Positions 37,380 through 48,043 of a stretch of DNA of 64,000 nucleotides are shown in pieces. A model generated the notes under the pieces. The model made no database searches. It worked only from the letters and a program-made list of their open reading frames with translations, and was not told the DNA's origin. Every line of letters starts with the position of its first letter. The first letter of the stretch is position 1. The stretch lies in NCBI GenBank assembly GCA_973895155.1, contig OZ316898.1, positions 6,063,079 through 6,127,078 of the forward strand. The letters are read 5' to 3'. Origin of the DNA: Marsupella aquatica (Eukaryota > Plantae > Marchantiophyta). A program made the position numbers and the translations under genes.

Positions 37380-38110
37380 GTCTGGTGGTCTGGTGTGGTG
37401 TGGTGTGATGCGGTTGGTGTGATGTGGTGTGATGCGGTTGGTGTGATGTGAGCACGATGGGAGGAAACAGTATTGCAGAGAGGAGGAGGGAGGGCGAGGG
37501 CGAGCGAAGCTAACAGGGGAGATCTTGCTTGTGAATCCCCTTCTTGTTCGTCTGGTGGTGTGGTGCGGTTGCTGGGATGTGGGCACGATGGGAGGAAACG
37601 CTGCAGAGAAGAGGAACGGAGGAGAATCTTGGTGAGTGATGGTTTTGTCGTGTCCACTAACTGTGTGTGTAGTGCGTCAGACTTGGTGGTTTTTTAGTTC
37701 ATACATGTCTATTCGTTGCGAGCAGAGTGATCGGAGCGATTGGAGAAGTGACAGCAGAAAATGCACATCGAGACAATTATACTCGATGAGGAAAAGGATG
37801 ATGACCGCAGCTTTGCGTTTCTTTCTGTTCTTCGTTTGTGAATGTTCTCCTTCTCTGGCTGTTGGTGTGGTGCGGTTAGTGTGATGGGAGCGCGATGGGA
37901 GAAAATATTGTAGAGAGGAGTGAAGGTGAGAGCCAAGCTAATGACGGAGAAGTATCTCGGTGAGTGATGGTTTTGTCGGGTGAATGAACTGCAGTGCGTT
38001 GGATTAGTGGTGTTGTGTTCATATCTGTTTCTTTGTTGCGAGCAGAGCGATTGGAGAAGCGGCAGCCGAAAATGCACCCGGAGATAATCATACTCGATGA
38101 TGATACAGAT
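37380..38110 (+). repeat. Tandemly duplicated 5' region (UTR, intron and start codon) of the SRA gene
   Basis: Both copies carry G|GTGAGTGATGGTTTTGTCG...TTGCGAGCAG|AG (putative introns 37632-37725 and 37960-38045) followed by GATTGGAGAAG..CAGC.GAAAATGCAC..GAGA.AAT.ATACTCGATGA. A third partial GGTGTGGTGCGGTT unit lies at ~37385-37540. Confidence 0.75.
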
Positions 38111-40177
38111 GATGACGAGTTTATGTTCGAGGATCGCTACACAGCCGAAGAGAAGGACAATGGGTGCGTTTTACAATGGGGGTTTGGTGGTGACAGCAGC
38201 AGAGGAGCTAGCGAAGAGAGAGAATTTTTTGCTGTCACGCAAGCGATGCCCTTGCGTCACATTAAACAGCATGTTCGATGCACTACGCCCTCTGCTGTTC
38301 CTGAGATTACGAGAGAGCAGCAGTATGGGGCCATGGAACTCGAAATTTGCGTAAAGAGTGATGAAATTTGCGTAAAGAATGATCATTACCAGGCGGGGGA
38401 CGTAAAGCAGCCAAATCTCTCAAATTCTCCAAATCCTAAGCGGGAGAGAGGAGATTGTGACGGGTGGCTCCCTTCAGACTTGCTCGACGCTTCTTATACG
38501 GAAAGGTGGAATGAATGCAAGCGGCTCAGAGGGAATGACAATGGTGAGCACAACAATCACGTCTCACAAACTGCACACAGGATACCGTCAGATGTGCCCT
38601 TGAGCCCGAGTGCGGTTGCTCAATCTACAGAGTCTGGCGTGCAGGTGCAGATACAGAACTCCTTCATCGATGTGAATCAGGTCATTCAGGAGATGCCTGA
38701 AGAAACAGCTGAGGCCTTCAAAGAGCTGATACGGCTGGTTGGACCGTTCGAAACCCGAGCTTCTCGTGCAGTTGATGAGATGAAGAACGGGCGTCCTTTT
38801 ACAAATGATATTCAGCGCAATGATCCCCCTCCATCACGACCGTCACCACCTGTGAGTACCAGTGGAAGTCAAGAGTATTCCCGTGCAATTGATGAGATGG
38901 AGAGCAGCCGTTCCATCGCCAGTGACCTCCTCGAGCACACTTCTAACCCCCCGCTACAATCTGCGACCGTGAATCAAGTTTCACGCATAGTTGATGAGAT
39001 GGAAAATTGGCGTCCTCTCGCCGGTGACGTCCATGATGACCCGCTCCCGTCGCAGCGCTCTGCAACTACCAGTGATTTCGAGCAAAACGACTCACCAACC
39101 CTTTCCACCAGTGATTTCGGGCCAATCGACTCACCTGCTCTTGCCACTGTTGTTGCCAGCTACGAGCAACAAAATGCTGGCAAGAGGACGTCAAATGCCG
39201 ATGTGGTTCTTTACCAACCAAAGCAGGAACCTGTGGAATCACAGAGGGAAAACAACATCTCGGGCTCCGTTGTCCATGTCAAAGAAGAGCCGGACCTGCA
39301 ATTCGAGCCCACGCCCGACCCTATCTCCATCGGACCTACTGTGGGAGGGAATGCTGCGGTGACACAATTATACGCGCAGCGGAGGTTGGTTATTACCGCT
39401 TTGAATACCTTCGAGGCAGTTCGGCAGCAGATCATCAAGGACCCTTCATACGGGCAACCTGTTGTAGACCCACAGACCCCGAGCACGGAGGGCAACGGCA
39501 GGCGGCTCAGAGCAGACTTAAAGGCAGCCTCCTTGATGCGCAGCAAAGGTTTCTGGCTTAACGAACGCGTCAGACCAATTGGCGAGGTCCCGGGAGTTGC
39601 AGTGGGGGATTGCTTTAGGTATCGTATGGAAATGGCCGTCATCGGTTTGCACAGAGCAGTTCAAGCAGGCATTGCAGTTGTTCCAGCGAATTTGTCTCCT
39701 TATAATGTGTCTGTGGCGTCGAGTGTTGTTCTCAGTGTCAGCGATCCTTACCATGATGACAATGACATGGGTGACACAGTTGTATATAGTGGGCAAGGAG
39801 GATTGTGCGGCAAAACTAAGGAAGCTACGGATCAGGAATTGACGAGAGGTAATCTGGCACTAAACAATAGCTATCGTTTCAAGCTTCCTGTTCGCCTTAT
39901 CAGAGGTCATAAGGAGCAGAACAGTATGACAGGCATTTTATACAGCTATGATGGGCTTTACCGGATCGTCGACATGCAGTATCAGACAGGTGTCAACGGA
40001 AAGAAAGTGTTCAAATTCATCATGCATCGATTACCTGGACAGGCTCCTATATTTTCTGGCTACCCAGCTCCCTTAGGATCACAGTCTCCTGCGAGAGAGC
40101 CAGCTCAGAATGCCATGCGTTGGACTGAACCGCCCGATACAAAGCCTCTATTTCTTGACAAGCGACCAGTGGCTTAA
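38072..40177 (+). CDS. SUVH-like SRA/YDG domain protein lacking pre-SET/SET (putative methyl-DNA reader), ~701 aa, intronless CDS
   Basis: SUVH two-helix segment (RRLVITALNTFEAVRQ...RADLKAASLMRSKG) followed by SRA motifs IGEVPGVAVGDCFRYRMEMAVIGLH, VVYSGQGG, DQELTRGNLAL, PVRLIRG, YSYDGLY and FKFIMHRLPGQ. The stop comes ~45 aa after the SRA domain. First ATG is at 38072; the ORF track start at 37994 is a GTG inside a predicted intron. Confidence 0.9.
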   Translation: MHPEIIILDDDTDDDEFMFEDRYTAEEKDNGCVLQWGFGGDSSRGASEEREFFAVTQAMPLRHIKQHVRCTTPSAVPEITREQQYGAMELEICVKSDEICVKNDHYQAGDVKQPNLSNSPNPKRERGDCDGWLPSDLLDASYTERWNECKRLRGNDNGEHNNHVSQTAHRIPSDVPLSPSAVAQSTESGVQVQIQNSFIDVNQVIQEMPEETAEAFKELIRLVGPFETRASRAVDEMKNGRPFTNDIQRNDPPPSRPSPPVSTSGSQEYSRAIDEMESSRSIASDLLEHTSNPPLQSATVNQVSRIVDEMENWRPLAGDVHDDPLPSQRSATTSDFEQNDSPTLSTSDFGPIDSPALATVVASYEQQNAGKRTSNADVVLYQPKQEPVESQRENNISGSVVHVKEEPDLQFEPTPDPISIGPTVGGNAAVTQLYAQRRLVITALNTFEAVRQQIIKDPSYGQPVVDPQTPSTEGNGRRLRADLKAASLMRSKGFWLNERVRPIGEVPGVAVGDCFRYRMEMAVIGLHRAVQAGIAVVPANLSPYNVSVASSVVLSVSDPYHDDNDMGDTVVYSGQGGLCGKTKEATDQELTRGNLALNNSYRFKLPVRLIRGHKEQNSMTGILYSYDGLYRIVDMQYQTGVNGKKVFKFIMHRLPGQAPIFSGYPAPLGSQSPAREPAQNAMRWTEPPDTKPLFLDKRPVA

Positions 40178-41774
40178 ATTTCCGAGCTCCTCAGGTGAGC
40201 TAGTCTTCACTTTGTGTATTTTGTAAGATTGGAGGTTGCTATCGTTACCAAGACTTATATATTACTGGGTTTTTAGGCCCCTTCGTTGAACATGTTAGTA
40301 TCCTGACCGAGCAAGGTTTGGAATGTCTCCTCGTCTTTCTGAATTGTGCCCTCCAAGGTGTGATGTGTTCGTTCCTCGGACGGCAGCTGCTGCAGCATGT
40401 GTGGCTAGTAGTGGAACCATTGTTGACTTTTCCTCTATCTATCAGACAACTGGACATCGGAGGATTGCCAGGGCTAAATTAGTTTTAGGTTTGTCCTGTC
40501 CAGTGTAGAACCAGTCCTGTGTGCTTAGCGCAGCAGCCTGGGGGTTTGACTTGAGTCTCAAGATTCGGTAGGGTGGATGGCAGAAAGACTCGAAATTGGG
40601 TAGGGGCATGACATGAGGCTTTAAATTCGGTTCGTAATTTATGTTGGGAGTGTGAATTCCGAGGACTCTAAACTAAACAATTGACTGTGAAGTCTTGTAA
40701 GCGAGTCATCTTCTTCTTACCTGGAAAAATGACCTCCTGTTCTATGTTTGAAAAGGTTGAAAAGAGTGGGGGGCAAAGATGGGCACAAAGAGGTCTGTGC
40801 ATCCAAATTTCATCTTGCTTTGTGCTGCAGATCGGTATAACATTTAACTATCACCTTGGACGGATAAAACGAGCAGCATTGGGAAGAAGGCCAGCTTGTA
40901 CGACATCGTCACCAGATAGACTCGTGTGCTGCATTTGAGGTCATAGTATCGTTTCACTAAATCGCACCACGTCACTGAATCGCAAAATGGTTCATGCGCA
41001 GTCGTAAATCGGGTCGAGAGAGGCAGTGACGAGGACGAAGGCGAGGCAAGTAGCGGTAAGGGCAGGCCCAGGTTGGCAGGGCCGTCCAGGAGCTGGCTCT
41101 GGAGAGCTCTCTGAGGACAATCAGCGGGTCCAATCGCCAACTACGGCAATTGATGAAGCAGGAGCGATTCAGTGGCATGGTGCGGATTACCATATTTTTG
41201 GTCAGGATTCGTAATTTGAATCTCACCGGATGACCTGCACGAGTAATCTTTCTCCATCTCCGTCGATCAACAAAACATCTTCAGGGACAACCCTCTCTTC
41301 TTATCTCTGCCTTTTGCCTCCTCCATCTCTGTTGTGGGTTTGACCACTACTGAAACAAAGTCTGCGGATATGGAAGGTTGAAGGTCGAGGACGGCTTGGG
41401 GCCTGTGGACTTGTAGTGGTCCTGATATATGCATCAGTGAAGGATTTTGCGGGGGGCCCAGACAAAGTACATTTACACTACAGAGGTTTACTGGGTCAAT
41501 ATTTTTACCGGATAGTTGATTTGTGTTTTAGAGCTCCCCAGAATCTGTAAGATCGAAGGACGAGCCCAGAATTGTAGAGTGAGCCAATGGATTAGCTATC
41601 TCAAGGCTGCAGCAGTTGGTCAATTTTTTGCACTGGTTGGGTAAGGAAACATCTGCTGTGATCCAAATCATTACCCCCCAAACCAAGTCTTCTCATTCTT
41701 GTACATGTTCTATTTCATTTTGGCTACTTAGTTACCTTCACTTCACAGCCTGACGCGACCATCGATGCATCCAT

Positions 41775-42300
41775 AGCTAGAACCAATGTAGCCAGAGCCA
41801 ACTCTGGGTATCAAGTAGGCAGCAGAGAATCATCATCCATCCAGTAAGTAGAACCAAATGTAGCCAGAGCCAACTCTGGGCACCAAGTAGGTAGCACAGA
41901 ATAAAGAGACTCGTGGCAAACCACCGAGTCGTAATTTTCACTCGAACAGAGTGCTTCCGATGATTTGTCATGAAAATTGTAGTGTGTGGAGATGGTAAAC
42001 CCATCATTTTATCTTGAACAGAGTGCTTCCAATTCTCAGGTCATGAAAATTTGTAGTGACTGGAGATGGCAAACCAACTAGTCATAATTTTATCAGAGCA
42101 GATTGCTTCCAGTTTTCAGGTCATGAAATTTTTAGTGACTGGAGACCTCAAACCAACGAGTCATAATTTGGAAAGAGTGCTTCCGATGATTGGTCATGAA
42201 AATGTGCGGTGACTCTAGATGGCAAACAAACGACTCATAATTTTCACTCGAGCAGAGTGATCATTTTCATGATTGGTCATGGAAATGTAGTGACAGTAGA
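41775..42300. repeat. Minisatellite block: ~70-bp duplication (41778-41900) plus ~5 degenerate ~75-bp units
   Basis: AGAACCAA(A)TGTAGCCAGAGCCAACTCTGGG occurs twice. A unit like GGCAAACCA..GAGTCATAATTTT.ACTCGAACAGAGTGCTTCC.ATGATT.GTCATGAAAATTGTAGTGACTGGAGAT recurs. Confidence 0.8.
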
Positions 42301-42969
42301 TGGACCCTGCTGCATTCGTGAACGTGCTGTAGCTGTAAGTAGGCTGCACTTGGACTTGTTGCATTGTGCATTGGTTGCAACTATACGAAACTATATGCTT
42401 TACTCTAAGCGGGACATGCACACATGCAACACTAATTTTGTGCATAAGGTATTTCCAATTTCCACATCAGATTAGATACCCTGCTGCCAATTCCTCGCAA
42501 CCCGTTACCTAATCACTCCTGCGTGGAGACATGAAAGCCGTTCAGGAGTTCATCTTGATAGCTAATTGTTTCGTACATTCTATATTCAATGCTCCCTTTC
42601 GCATGCTGCACGGCTATTCCCAAGTCCATGTACAGAGACCTCTCTGGCAAGAAGTGACAGGCGATGATCTCACTAATGAATGAAGCAATTCTCAAACGCA
42701 TAACTTGGCGGACTAGAGTTAGTCAGATTTGTCAGCGACTGTTATAGACAATTGAATGGACTAGGCAATACCGAATCACCAAAGGATCTCATCCCATGCA
42801 AGGCCACGTGCAGCTTCACAGGCTTGCACTGAAACCAGAGGCCTTGTTCGTTGCTGCTTTGAGCGAGACCAGTACGAGCTAACGCATTCATGCTTATTAT
42901 ACTCCAGTACAATTCGGACCCTCCAAGTATTGTAGTGCTGAGACACCAAGTGCGACTACTGCGCTCGTC

Positions 42970-43350
42970 AATGTTCCAGGAGGTTTTCCAATAGCTCAAC
43001 GACCAAATAAACAATTTCAACCAGATGCTCATATTCCTTTGAATTCGAACATAATTTCTACACACCTGCTCTCTTCGCTTTGCAGGGGGTCTTTCTATAC
43101 TCTCAACAACCGAAAGACATTTTCAACCGAACGCTCGATTCTACATTCATCAGTTCTACAACCAGACGCTCAATTGCACTAGGTTCATATTCCTTTGTAT
43201 TGTAGTATCAATTCTACATGTGCACTATTCAATTTTCCAGGAGGTTTTCTAAACAGCCTAACTATCAAAAAACAATTTCAACCAGAGGCTCAATTGCATT
43301 GAGCTTCATATTCCTCTGTGCTGCACCATCATTTCTACACTCTTCACAGG
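42970..43350 (-). pseudogene. Duplicated, decayed exon-like fragment
   Basis: 42975-43065 and 43230-43330 are diverged copies. The - strand reads SKEYEHLVEIVYLVVELLENLLEH* after a CAG|G acceptor. Confidence 0.25.
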
Positions 43351-43955
43351 TTGAAACCTTTTTATTTTTGCCCCAACACCTTGCCATGACTCAAATTGGT
43401 TTCTAAAACACCATTCAAAACTGACCAGCTTTGCACTGTTGTACTGTGTCACCTAGGACTGGTACTTTATCACCGGAAATAATTATGGAATGCAGATAAG
43501 CATCTAGATGTGGAATGCTGATGTGCACCTTCGAGCTCAATTCACTCTACAGGCGATCAATGGATGGACAATCCTTCCACTCGTGTTCGGACGACTGCAG
43601 AATGATAAACGTGTGCTCTCCCAGTACAGCCCCCCGAATTGATATACAAAACACATCGTTTGCCTCTCGTGGATGAAGTACAAGAGGGTGATGTACTGAT
43701 TTTGAAATTGGTTGCCAAACATTGTACACTTTTTGGCCCTGAAAGATAAATTTTACACGATGATAAGTCCCGAATGATTCTGCCCACCACAAGGTTTTCC
43801 TTGAAGAATCTTGTCAAGATTAGTTGGCGTATGGATGATCGACGCATATGGTCCCCTCATCATTCTCATAGAACTTTGAGGGCCACCCCCCCACCTTTTT
43901 CAGTAATCAAGGAAGACTTAATCCACACAAACTTACTTTGTTTGCTTTATCAAAT

Positions 43956-45210
43956 GAGAGGTCGAGGAGGGTTCCCTCCCATTTCAGGTTCATTTGCGCA
44001 CGGCGCGGTCATCATTACCCGATCCTGTTCGAGCTGCGTTACCTTCATTCCAGGAGTTTTTATCCTTGGACCCCGTCCGTCTTCAGGCAGACCTTGCTGG
44101 GCGTATGCACGCTTTCACCCTTTCCAGCATCCTCACCGAGGCACCTGACACGGACCGAGCTCGGATTCTTTCTTCCGGAGGGAAGGGCGCAGGAGGCTGG
44201 CTTCAGGCCAATCCAGTCATTCCTCACCTGCGGATGTCTTCAACGGAGTTTGCGACAGCCATGCGTCTTCGTATGGGCCACCCACTTCTTGCTGGTTTAC
44301 CTCCTACTTGCACTTGTGGGAAGCCTTGTGATGCCACAGGTGTCCATCTTCTTTGATGCAGTTTGGGCGGCGAAACCATTTTTGTTCACGACGCTGTGAG
44401 AGATGCGACTGCTCAGGTTCTCTCTGGCTCTTTGGTCTGCGCGCGGCGGGAGGTGGTGCTCGAGTTACCTGGTCCTCCATCACAGCGGTTACGGGTGGAT
44501 CTTACCATGGTCCGTGACGGTCACCGTACTTTGGCAGATGTAGTGGTGGCCAACCCATTGCGCCAAGACATCATTGGGACAGCGGCAACAACGGCAGGGG
44601 CAGCAGCATCACGAGCAGCAACAACGAAGGAGGCCAAATATGCTGCACGAGCTTCATCTGATAGCTTCCTGCCCCTTGCTCTTGAGATATTTGGGCGTCT
44701 CCATCATCAGTTCGACGGGCTTCTTCGCCAAGCTGCTTGGGATGTTCACGGCCGGATGGGTCCCACCGGGCCCCTGCTATCTGTTTTGACCACGCACTTT
44801 CGACAACGCATTTCAGTCACCTTACAGCGTGCTCAAGCTCGGGCCGTCTATCGTCAATCTCTGGCAGTGGGTGCTAGTGTGACTCCACAGCGGCTAGCCC
44901 CCCTAGAGGACATTCCTGTCCCACTTGCCGATCTAGTTTCGACACTTGATGTAGACCACTAGCTTGTTGCCACATTTGCTAGGTATGATGAGGACCTCGG
45001 TCCATTTGCGGTAGTTTTAGTTCCTCTTTCTTGGTTTTTAGGGGTTTCCTTTTGCTCACTTCTTTTAGTTCCTCTTTCTTAGTTTTTAGGGTAATCCATT
45101 TTGGGTGTCATAGGGAGTCACACCCTAAACTTGGGACCTCTCTTGTTTATTCTTTTGTACTCTATTTGGCCTTTTTCTGTATAACGTATGTGTAACTAAG
45201 TGAATTTATC
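43956..45210 (+). mobile_element. 5'-truncated non-LTR retrotransposon with restriction-like endonuclease (CRE/SLACS-like clade); C-terminal ORF interrupted by a stop at 44354-44356
   Basis: One frame reads DRARILSSGGKGAGGWLQANP...FATAMRLRMG..., then the zinc knuckle CTCG...GVHLL*C, then HDAVRD, the RLE core RVDL...LADVVVANP, KEAKY, FLPLALEIFGRL and RQRISVTLQRAQA. A T-rich 3' UTR with a ~45-bp duplication follows. Confidence 0.85.
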
Positions 45211-47644
45211 TGAGTAGTCATAATTAGGGAAAAGGGGAGAAAATTAAATTTGAGACACTTTGAAAACTTCTTATGGAGCAAAATGCTCCGGAAAATATCT
45301 TTCTCTTGAAATAAGTCACCAACACATGTTCTGGCTAGGTGTCACCTAAATACTCGGAAAAGGACTCTGAAGCATTTTGGCTGGGAAATTCAAGTGGCCT
45401 TGCCTGACAGTCTGAAAGCAGATAGAAATAACTTTTTGCCATATCTGATTGCAAACCAAGTTACCACTAAGGCTGTATCCATTATTAGAGCAATGATTAT
45501 CAGAGCAATACTTATCCGCTTGAGTTCAGCATCAAGCAACTGTAGCTTCTTGGGTTCAATGTGAAGGGCTTGACTTTTTGCATGTTATGACATTTTGTTA
45601 CAGATCAGTATGGACCATAGTGCCCAAAATGAGGGCTTTTGCTTGAGTTTTGAGGTGCTATTATTGCCCACTATCCCATTGTGAGGGACCTTTAATACAG
45701 TTAATTAAAGAGATTTTCATTTTTACTGCGAGCCAAGGGGGAAATTTGTAATGCCACAATACAAATCTGGACTGTGGATCTGCATAACAAGAGAAGTGAA
45801 AAAGCACCAGAAGTTACAAAGAGAGAAATCATGAAAGGAATTATTTATGTAGTAGCGTTTTGGTAACACCCCCAAAAAGGGCTTCAGCTCAAGTTTTGAG
45901 GGGCTCTTTTGCCCATAAAGCCCTCATAGCAGGGATTGTTACACTTATAGGCCTAGGTAGCTTTTTTTGTTACTATTGCTAATAAAAGTAGAGGAGAAGT
46001 TTGATAATCTGGAGTGTACAATTTTCTTGATAGCCTGATTATCTGTTCATTGATGGTAAACAGGGGCGAGGGACATTCAACCTGTTCCCCGCTCACAAAA
46101 TTGAGTTCAGTTGGTTTTCAGTGACTCCTCACACACTATGCCAATTTGTGACACTCACCCTACCTCCAATCCCCATGTTCCACCCACTTATGTGCACCCT
46201 CAACTTTAGTTATGGCCCCAAGAGTCACTGTCTGGAGGCTTCACTCACGGTGGGTCTTGAAAGGAAGGATTGCATTGCAATTATATAGTTAGATAATGCA
46301 CCCAAAATTACAAATAGCGAGAGAGAGTGGCCAATATACACAAAATCTTGTGGAAATCAAAGTAGGGCCACAACGTTGTGCTTTTCAAGAATCCCACGAA
46401 AAGCAAGGGTGTCAAAAAGTGAGTATGCGTCCCACAAATAGTCAATGATTGGCTCACCGTGTTGTAGTGAGGAGGATTCTCAGATTTCAGAAGGATATTG
46501 ATGAAGATATTCCTTGACCTTTGCAGGACCCACGCTCTGTGAAATAACAATGGACACAGTAAGGCATTTTCCTACTAAATTACCCCCAATAATGCACAAA
46601 ATTATTCAGTTGTTCCAGACTGAATTATTTATAAGTTGTCTTCATGGATATATCTTAAACCCCATATTCCTTCTAAATGAGTTTTTGTGACTATCTGATT
46701 CCCTGCAAAGAGCACCCAGTGAGTATGGACCCCAATGGGAAGTGCCTGCTAAGTTCCCTGGCATCACATGCAGCCACATCACTCACCTTCTGTCACAAAC
46801 AGGAACAGTTATGTTTGAGATGTTTGCGACTGTTTGTGTTTAAGGTAAGGCCAACAAAAACCATTAATCCTTGGAACCATAGAAAACCAAAAAAAATGAC
46901 GTAAATCTTGGAATAACCAACAGAGGGGTAACAAAGTCGGACTGTGCACAACAATTATAAGAAAAGGTGCATGGCATCGAATTTTTTTAATCAATAGATG
47001 AGATCATATGTTGAAACAGTGGCCTTGTGCACTTTAAACTGGCAATACTTTAAGTTAGTCGGTTCTTTATTTTATTTTTTATTTTTTTCAATAATGGGCA
47101 GAGCCCCGAAAAATTATTCCACATGGAAGCCCGAGGGCACAATAACAAGAAAAGCCAGGGAAAACCAAAGAAAACTGCCTGAATGAAGGAGGCAGAGAGA
47201 AAAAAAAAACGAGCAATTTTGAAGTTAATTAAGTTAGTCAGTTCTTATTTTGAAGTTTCACAGTATTATTTCTGTGCTACTGAGGTACGTAACCTTACTA
47301 AAGTGCATTGAAAGAATTTTTTAGCCATTAATACATTTGTCATCTCAAGTCCATTTAGGCCAAGATGTTTTTATGTTATTGCTTTCTGTAGCTTGGGGAC
47401 CTACTTACTAGGAAAATTTGAAGAAATTTTATTTTCCCAAAACTCTTGGATGCCCATCGTCAAATCAATCCTAGTAACGAGAAGGGAAAAGAACAAAAAA
47501 GTGCAATTTTTTACCATGTTAAGCATATTGTTGATTAATTGTGATAACCTTCATCCACCAGGTTGTGCTTCAGTTGGGGACACTGACTATTTAAGAAGTA
47601 TTAGCCTCATTATCATTAAAGCATACATAAGGACAGGTGCACTA

Positions 47645-48043
47645 ACTAATAAAATTAGGAACTTAAAGTCGGGATAGACACAAACGTTTGTAGGGACAAC
47701 CCGGATGGACACAGCCTGTTGACACTGTAGCACCAATCCCTATGACACCCAAAATGGATTACAGGTATCTTATGAACAGAAGCTAACCAAGATTTAGACA
47801 TTACATTAAGTACGTTTAACCTCCTTCATTGCTCCTGCCTGGACAGACCACGGGGGGAAACAACCAAAACCCTCTTGCTCCCGGTCAAACAGCTCCTTAC
47901 AGGTCACCATTGGAGCACAAGTGAAAAGCGTGTTATACAAGCACAATCTTAAATTTTTTCAGTGTCCATCCAGGTTGTGTTTTCCATCGGGGATTTTTCT
48001 CAAACGTTTGTGTCTACTGCGGCTTTAAGTTCTAAAATTAGTG
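47645..48043. mobile_element. MITE-like element with imperfect TIRs (~400 bp)
   Basis: GAACTTAAAGTCGGGATAGACACAAACGTTTG...CAACCCGGATGGACAC is inverted to GTGTCCATCCAGGTTG...CAAACGTTTGTGTCTACTGCGGCTTTAAGTTC. Confidence 0.7.

Noticed and set aside
37103-37657. 184-aa - strand ORF with HHITPTAS repeats
   Set aside because: It is the antisense reading of (GGTGT)n-rich leader and intron repeats of the SRA gene.
41910-42300. CRISPR-like periodicity
   Set aside because: Whole units are homologous and degenerate, so this is a minisatellite rather than a repeat-spacer array.
40178-43900. Possible downstream pre-SET/SET exons for the SUVH-like gene
   Set aside because: No Cys-rich pre-SET, GWG, RFxNHSC or ELxYDY motifs were seen in the frames inspected.
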